Origin: Phoronis australis
Lineage: Eukaryota; Animalia; Phoronida
DNA length: 64,000 nucleotides
Assembly: GCA_002633005.1 (NCBI GenBank)
Contig: NMRA01000155.1
Coordinates: 1-64,000 of the forward strand
Direction of reading: 5' to 3'
Numbering within the stretch: the stretch's first letter is position 1; the number at the start of each line of letters is the position of its first letter. The translations under genes were made by a program, and so were the position numbers. This document shows positions 25,001 through 34,000 of this stretch, one piece after another. The notes beneath the pieces were generated by a model. The model ran no database searches and had not been told where the DNA came from. It saw only the letters and a list, made by a program, of their open reading frames with translations.

Positions 25001-28000
25001 CAGCTTACAGAGAAAATTGTACTACAGAGCCATCTAGTGGAAGATTCTAGAAACGATCTTGGCAAGGGCAAGGGATAACGAACAGGAAGTTAACTAATAG
25101 CTTGTCACTTTCATCGTGGGTAGTAGTATATTACCTGAAGTGCTATACATGTACAGTTTGTGTAGTTCGAAGATTCACCAACAGGACAGTCATCCAACAA
25201 GTGGAGAGTCCTAGCTTGGAAAGCAGATAAGACATTTGACTATTTTGGTTGATTGATTGAGGTAATCTTTAAAGAGGGCGCTAGTGTGGTTACTCGTTTG
25301 TGTAGTTGATTACTTAATTAACAATAGGCTTCATTTGTCTAATTAGGGGTTATCATATAATACATATTGCATTTGATTATTCACTTTACATCTACGCACA
25401 ATCTCAAAGCATAGCTACCTTTTAAACAAACCCACAGTCATTCGTCTGACAGAAGCCTTTGACATCTGTAGCACTTTTGGACAATATTTATGAGTTGTGC
25501 GGGCTTTAGGTCGATAGGCCAGGAAATGTGGTTTTATGTTATGCCCATTGGTAAAATAATATTGTGTCCAAGATAGTTATTTTGCTTTGAAAAGCAGAGG
25601 TACCGACCATCCAAAATAAAATACCTTGTGATAGTTTAAACTGAGGTTATCCTTGATTCAGACCTTGACGTTTTAGTTGATTACCACACTAGGTTAATTG
25701 CAGTCGCCTAGGCACTTTATTGTAAATAGTTTCAGTTTACACTAAAATTAAGTCTTCAATTAGGTCATTTGGGAAGAACAAATCTGGCTATGAAAAAATA
25801 ATGTTGTTTATAACGGATTTAAATTGAGGTAATAATACTAAGACTCAGTGAAAATGTTTTAGATTAAGGGATCCTACCAGAGACAATGTATTAATAAAGC
25901 ATAAATATATTTCCAGGTGATCAGTGCAATGGGCCCACATGCAAGGCCTGCGCACGTCTGGTACAACGTGTATCAGACCGCCTGCAATTATTTTTTTTAT
26001 ACTATTAGAGACAATGTACACAAATTAGACAATAGATGTCACCGCAGTTAGTGTCACTTTTTGTTTATATTATTAAGTATCCCCCCGAATTTAGTGGTGG
26101 ATATCGGATATCACGAAGTGGGCTAATATTTTACATTTGCTCTCTAAGCCCAAAACACGCACATATACACCGGTCCACGATTACAAGCAACATAATAATT
26201 GCTAAAAATTATTTCTGTGTCATGTTTAATACATTTGTTTCTTTGTCGGCATCCAACCAGCGACCGTATCCCCCTCCCCGCCGGCCCAACGTTCGCCAAT
26301 GGAATCAATACCTGAGAGAACGACGCAAGTTGGAGTCAGTGGAATCTTGAACGGTCACTGCCAAGGTTACCCTAAACTGTGTTCTAAAGTATTTTATATG
26401 TGCTGGAACGTCTTAGCACCAGTCATAAACTTCCCATCGCCTAATCGACACCAGATAGCACGTCTTGCGTCGATAAATATTTTTGTATTCTCAGGCATCC
26501 CAAGGATCTGGCAGCAACATATTTTCTTTTCTGCAGGCAACTTTTTGTGTTTTTGTGTACCTACCTCAAGCTTTGTATTAATTGCTATCAAATTTTATTC
26601 ATTAATCCCCAGCGACATTGGTCACTGGTTTACTCAAGGCAATACAAGACATATCCAGGAGTAAATGGAAGTAGTTTGCTTCATTGTACTGTTAGGATAT
26701 GTGAAGCACAATGACGGCTTCTTTATTTGACGCCAGTTAACTTTTTGTTTAAGCAAGTAGAGTGGAGTCTGATTTCTGGTGGTATATGTAGGTCAGATAG
26801 AAAGCAGCGTTGTACTGTATGTACAAAGCAGCATTTCAATATTAGCCAGCTAGCTGTATGAAGACTATTGCCAAAACACAGCTAGTGTACATGAGCGGTG
26901 CACCACAGGGGATTTGGGGCCTATAGCCCCGCTTTTTTCAGTACTGCGCTGCCCATGGTCTACGGGCGGTGCACCACTACAGGGGGGGCTGGAGGAAGGG
27001 GCTATAGCCCACCACTATTTTCACTGCTGCGCCGCACATTGTTTATTTTTTTAAAGTACAGCAATAAACCTTACACTACATGTACATGTACATGTACTCT
27101 TCAACTTGAAGTGCGTCAACAAGTAGTGTGATGAATCAATCATTAAATAATTTTCAACAAACATGTTAAGAATTTCAAAAATTCGCACCAAGAGCAAAAA
27201 GAAGATCAATACGTACTGATTAACTAAAAAAGGTTATCTCGATGCACTGATTTCTGTCTATAAACTGAGTAAAGTTTGTGTACGAAAATGGTATTTTCTG
27301 AATTTTCGTTTTTGACCTTAAGGTTGTCCGAAAATCGGTCTAAACTCAGGCATATTTTTCGTCATAAGTCTTGAGCACTTATTATGCACTTGTCATGAAA
27401 AGGGTCCTGAGTCTTTCATGCATACATGACCAAAACGGTGCTATACACATCACATTTTGAACAAATGCAACAATTTAATTTGAAAGTGCAATTGCCTTCC
27501 CTATACAATCAAGAAATAGTGTCATTGTATAGGTCTATAAATATAAGACACACGCCAGATACAAGTATACACTCATTTACATTTTTTTCAATATATTCAC
27601 AATTTCTTTTCTTTGAATAGTATCCCATATTTCTGTTCCACAGAGTATAATTGATAATACTTTTATATCATTGGGTGAAATTCTTTCTATACAGTAGTGT
27701 AGGCCGGCAATGTATTTCACAAACCTTTTGCATTGTATGCCTTTTGTGCAAGTGTCATGCTAGAACACACAACAAAATCATTATTATTATATCTCAAATA
27801 AAAAGACAGAAAAATCAGGAACCCCAACTGGGAATCGAACAACAGGTCTCTAGATTGCCGGTCTAGTGCTCTCACCACTGCGCTACTGAGGACCCGATAT
27901 CTGTGCTATTTAGACAATTATCTAAATCCCGTGTGAAAAAGGCGATACGCCGCTCATGGGATGTATGACTTAACAGTTGGCTGTAAACAGTAATTGCACA

Positions 28001-31000
28001 GATAACGGTTCCTCAGAAGCTCAGTGGTGAGAGCACTAGACAGGCAATTTAGAGATTTGTGGTTCGCTTCCCAGTTGGGGTTTCTGATTTTTCTGTGTTT
28101 ATTCGAGTTTTTTCATTACTGGCCAACCTCAGCGTCTATATAATTATTATTATATTAATTGCCAGTTCTCAACTTGACACTTCCGTAATACCAGTTTTCA
28201 GTTTCTGTCATTATGTAAAACAAATATCTTACTTCTGAATGTTTACAGAGATATTACACTTCAAATGATATATTCCAAGTACCTCCCGAGTATCTCATTA
28301 CTAAGAGTCGCCTACTACAATAACAACGTCGGCAATACGTAATAAGAACACATTTTCAATGGTCTTTCATTTCTCACTTCAACAGCTTCCATAGACGTAA
28401 AAACACATACATGTTTTTCTGACTCCAGTCCTACATTCAAAAGGTTGATGTATTTTTCCTAATCCTGTCTTCATTCTACATGTAGCATTTACAGTTTTAT
28501 TTACATGCACAGTGTAAAATACTCTGAAGAAGACACAAAAAGTCCAACCAGCGCTTTGGACATTAATATTCTAAAAAATTTTGTTCAATTTATCGAATCG
28601 AATGCCATACTGAAGTTAATGAAATGGTTTTGATTTTTTTCTAGTCTGCGAAGAATAAAACTTTGATTTATCGATCAGTACTATTCTCTGAAGGCAGTTT
28701 GTTCTTATACCATTGATTTCTCAGTCTCTATGCACCCAGCATGGTTATGATTAAGTTAAGACTAAATTTGCTTATAAAGTTAAGCATCGTTATACAATAC
28801 CTGTGTAGTTGAATGTTCCCAGGCAAAACTGCATTATGTAATATTTTGCCAGATAACCACTAAATTAAGAATAACTTTAAAAAGTTTATAATTTCCTTAA
28901 AACATAAGAGCAAACAGCATTTGGTCTCTAAAATACCAAAATCATGTACCTGGGTCAAATAATAACAGATATATGTATTTTAACAATAGACTGCTGTGAA
29001 AGGTTTCACCTTCACTGACACTAAAACTTTTAGGAACTACGTGTTTTTTCTAGTGGATAAGATTCACATCACGACTCTTGATGATATCATTCCTTGTTTG
29101 GAGATCATAACAAGTGACTGTAAAAAATCAAATTTTGCGTGGAGCTACTAGATATTAACACAAAGCAATTTGGGTTCATCATTATGTAATTGCAAGAAAA
29201 AATCTTTAAAACCGTCTGTGTCTTGGATTTGCTGATTTGAAAAACAGTTTCATTGTCATTAATTGTGAGATTATTAATTATATTACTACCAATGTCTTCC
29301 ACCTAATGTTTGAACAGTTTCTCGGGATTAATGGTCAGGTTTTCAGTATCAGTTATATTGGCCATATTTGGTTGTGAATGTTATAAAATATTAATGCAGC
29401 CAAAAAATGCAAATGTTACATGGTTAACAAACAAAAATAACACCAAAAACAAGTAGATACCAGGGCCCGGTTTCCAATCTCCGCACTCAGACTCATACTC
29501 ATACTCGAGATTTCATACTCAAAATCGTGCTCACTGGAGTCGTACTCTAAAAAGCGTATCTAATGTCGTATTTCGAGTAGACCCAAACGTACTCAAATCT
29601 GACACTCATACTCGAGTTGCTATGGAACTCTTTATGATGTGAAATGCAAAATCACGCAAAGCCGCGCTGATTCATCGCTCTCCATTGGAATAGACCACCC
29701 CAGGAAATAGGCCAACATTATCGTCTGCTGTCGCTACAACTACAAGATTATGTCTATAACGTGGAATTCTGTTATTCATTTTTTAGTTTCAATAAATATT
29801 CTTATGCCATTTCCTTGATACATTTGGCAATTATTAAGCTTTACTTCTTGAGTTCCTCACCCAGTCCCGAAAATGTCTTAAGAAATTTGTAACAGCTTAT
29901 CACATCACATCTCTGTTGCTAATTTAGTCTTGACATAAAACCCATTGCTGTGTAGGCCTACGCTGCTGTCAAACATTGATACTGTGTCTTGTATTTTACC
30001 AGGATGTATCAAGTGAGTTGACATTTGGCACGTGAGTTAAAAAACAATACTTGTCGGGCAGGCATTCAAAGTTCACCAGTGGCAGTGAACGGGACGAGAC
30101 GTCTACTTAGAAATCGGCAAACAAAATCTGGGGATTGAGGAATTATAGATGACTAAGTTATGATGAGAAATGTACCTGACAGGGAAGCGAACTTTTTTAA
30201 CTTCCCTCCCCTCCTCGTCTTTTGGAAACCCTACAAAACGTAGGCACACATACCGAAATAAGGGCAGCACAAACTTCTCACACGACTTTTCCCACAACTG
30301 CTTTCGACGCTTGTTACGACTCGCCGACAAGGGATTACAATGCGNNNNNNNNNNNNNNNNNNNNNNNNNNNNNNNNNNNNNNNNNNNNNNNNNNNNNNNN
30401 NNNNNNNNNNNNNNNNNNNNNNNNNNNNNNNNNNNNNNNNNNNNNNNNNNNNNNNNNNNNNNNNNNNNNNNNNNNNNNNNNNNNNNNNNNNNNNNNNNNN
30501 NNNNNNNNNNNNNNNNNNNNNNNNNNNNNNNNNNNNNNNNNNNNNNNNNNNNNNNNNNNNNNNNNNNNNNNNNNNNNNNNNNNNNNNNNNNNNNNNNNNN
30601 NNNNNNNNNNNNNNNNNNNNNNNNNNNNNNNNNNNNNNNNNNNNNNNNNNNNNNNNNNNNNNNNNNNNNNNNNNNNNNNNNNNNNNNNNNNNNNNNNNNN
30701 NNNNNNNNNNNNNNNNNNNNNNNNNNNNNNNNNNNNNNNNNNNNNNNNNNNNNNNNNNNNNNNNNNNNNNNNNNTATTTCCAGGTGATCAGTGCAATGGG
30801 CCCACATGCGAGGCCTTCTCACGTCTGGTACAACGTGTATCAGACCGCCTGCAATTATTTTTTTTTATATTATTAGAGACAATGTACCCAAATTAGACAA
30901 TAGATGTCACCACAGTTAGTGTCACTTTTTTATTTCTATTATTAAGTAACCACTCGAATTTAGTGGTGGATATCGGATATCACGAAGTGGGCTAATATTT

Positions 31001-34000
31001 TACATCTGCTCTCTAAGCCCAAAACACGCACATATACACCGGTCCACGATTACAAGCAACATAATAATTGCTAAAAATTATTTCTGTGTCATTTTTAATA
31101 CATTTGTTTCTTTGTCGGCATCCAACCAGCGACCATATCCCCCTCCCCGCCGGCCCAACGTTCGCCAATGGAATCAATACCTGAGAGAACGACGCAAGTT
31201 GCAGTCAGTGGAATCTTGAACGGTCATTGCCAAGGTTACCCTAAACTGTTTTCTAAAGTATTTCGTATGTGCTGGAACGTCTTAACACCAGTCATAAACT
31301 TCCCATCGCCAAATCGACACCAGATAGCACGTCTTGCGTCGATAAATATTTTTGTATTCTCAGGCATCCCAAGGATCTGGCAGCAACATATTTTCTTTTC
31401 TACAGCCAACTTTTTGTGTTTTTGTGTACCTAGCTCAAGCTTTCTATTAATTGTTATCAAATTTTATTCATTAATCCTCAGCGGCATTGGCCACTGGTTT
31501 ACTCAAGGCAATACAAAACATATTCAGGAGTAAATGGAAGTAGTTTGCTTCATTGTACTGTTAGGATATGTGAAGCACAATGACGGCTTCTTTATTTGAC
31601 GCCAGTTAACTTTTTGTTTAAGCAAGTAGTTTGGAGTCTGATTTCTGGTGGTGTATGTACAGTAGGTCAGATAGAAAGCAGCGTTGTACTGTATGTATAA
31701 AGCAGCGTTTCAATATTAGCCAGCTAGCTGTATGAAGACTATTGCCAAAACACAGCTAGTGTACATGAGAGGTGCACCATAGGGGATTTGGGGCCTATAA
31801 CCCCGCTTTTTTCAGTACTGCGTTGCCCATGGTCTACGGGCGGTGCACCACAAGGGGGCTGGAGGGAGGGGCTATAGCCCACCACTATTTTCACTGCTGC
31901 GCCGCACATTGTTTATTTTTTTTAAAATACAGCAATAAACCTTACACTACATGTACATGTACATGTACTCTTCAACTTGAAGTGCGTCAACAAGTAGTGT
32001 GATGAATCAATCATTAAATAATTTTCAACAAACATGTTAAGAATTTCAAAAATTCGCACCAAGAGCAAACAGAAGATCAATACGTACTGATTAACTAAAA
32101 GAAGTTATCTCGATGCACTGATTTCTGTCTATAAACTGAGTAAACTTTGTGTACGAAAATGGTATTTTCTGAATTTTCGTTTTTGACCTTAAGGTAGTCC
32201 GAAAATCGGTCTAAACTCAGGCATATTTTTCGTCATAAGTCTTGAGCACTTATTGTGCACTTGTCATGAAAAGGGTCCTCTTTCATGCATACATGACCAA
32301 AACGGTGCTATACACATCACATTTTGAACAAATGCAACAATTTAATTTGAAAGTGCAATTGCCTTCCCTATACAATCAAGAAATACTGTCATTGTATAGG
32401 TCTATAAATATAAGACACAGGCCAGATACAAGTATACACTCATTTACATTTTTTTTCAATATATTCAATTTCTTGTCTTTGAATAGTATCCCATATTTCT
32501 GTTCCACAGAGTATATTTGTTAATACTTTTATATCATTGGGTGTCTTCTTTCTATACAGAAGTGTAGGCCGGCAATGTATTTCACAAACCTATTGCATTG
32601 TATGCCTTTTGTGCAAGTGTCATGCTAGAACACACAACAAAATCATTATTATTATATCTCAAATAAAAAGACAGAAAAATCGGGAACCCCAACTGGGAAT
32701 CGAACAACAGGTCTCTAGATTGCCGGTCTAGTGCTCTCACCACTTTTTTACCCCTTCGCAGGGAGCAGCCTGTATACTCTTTGCAGCTTCAACACGACTT
32801 AAATAAACTAAGCTATTGGTCACAAGCATGGAGAATGAATTTTAAACCAGAAAAAAGCGTTGACCTCACCTTCTCCAAATCTATTAATGCTTTCTTCCTT
32901 GTTGACCCGTCTTATGACCTTAAACTTAATGATGAAATCATTCCTAGAAAACAGTCGCACAGACATCTGGGTATACTGTTAGATGGAAAGCTCTCATTCA
33001 CCCCTCACGTTCGGGAGCTCGTACAAAAAACTCAGGAACTAATTAACCCACTTAAGCTTGTCTCTCGTCATCTGAATTCTACACATTTAGAAGTTTTGTT
33101 CAAATCCTTTGTACTTCCACACATTGATTATTGTGATATTATATGTCAGTCTGCCAATACGGGTGCACTCCAACATTTGGAGAAGTTACAATATCAAGCC
33201 GCCTTACTCATAACCGGAGCTTACAGTGGATCCAATAGTGTTAAGGTTTTGAATAGTCTCAAGTGGCCCAAACTGTCTACTCGACGCAATATTCACATGA
33301 CCACATTTACTTTCAAGGTAATAAACAATGTCAACAACGTGTCTGTCAAAAAAATATTTGATCTATATACTAGACAAGGCCATCGTAGTGATTTGAGATC
33401 CTCCACCCCATATGCAATTCCTCCGTCGTTCAGTCAGGCATTCAGAAGGTCTACAGTCATGATGTGCATCAACAACTGGAATTCTCTTCCAGTCTCTGTT
33501 AAGGAAAGCAACTCTTTTACGAGTATAAAAAATAATTTTACAACTGTTTTTCATAATTTTGATAACTCAACACCCTTGACTCAATTCTCCCTTACCCGCG
33601 ATAAGGAAATAGCATTGTACAGATCAAAATGTGACCTTTTTCCTCAACTCTGACAAGTTCAGGCACAACTTTAGTAATGTCTCTCCAAACTGTAAGTGTG
33701 GTGACCATCAATCTTATCCTCATATTTTCTTCAAATGTCCCCTCATCGAATCCCTGAGATACTCACTCTTTCGTGCACTCAATGATAACCAATCAATTGT
33801 TAACGCTCTCAATTCTTGTAATAATACCCCTACTAGAGTTACATTATTACTGAATGGTAGTCCTAACCTTGACTTTGTTCTCAACGTTAGCAAATTTTTA
33901 TGAACCGTATATCAATATTGTTGCATCTGATTTCCCTACATGAAGCTGTACATATTTTTGTTTTGACATATCTGGAATAGCATGTCTAAGTATTGGAATA

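Noticed and set aside
25135-25235. Alternative signal-peptide first exon ([14 protein letters not shown]...) with a CAG|gtaata donor
   Set aside because: In-frame TAG before the donor; the exon at 36407-36495 fits better.
26036-26664. ORFs conserved between the duplicate copies ([11 protein letters not shown]...)
   Set aside because: Conservation reflects the recent duplication or allelism; no recognisable domain or splice support.
27818-28083. Functional tRNA-Ala(GGC) genes
   Set aside because: No U33, mismatched T and acceptor stems, and the B box is mutated or deleted in some arms; treated as tRNA-derived parts of a repeat element.
28524-28560. Second hammerhead-like motif CTGAAGAAGAC...GTC (also at ~34810)
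   Set aside because: The GAAA box is missing in both copies.
30103-30896. ORFs spanning the second gap
   Set aside because: Open only because Ns contain no stop codons.
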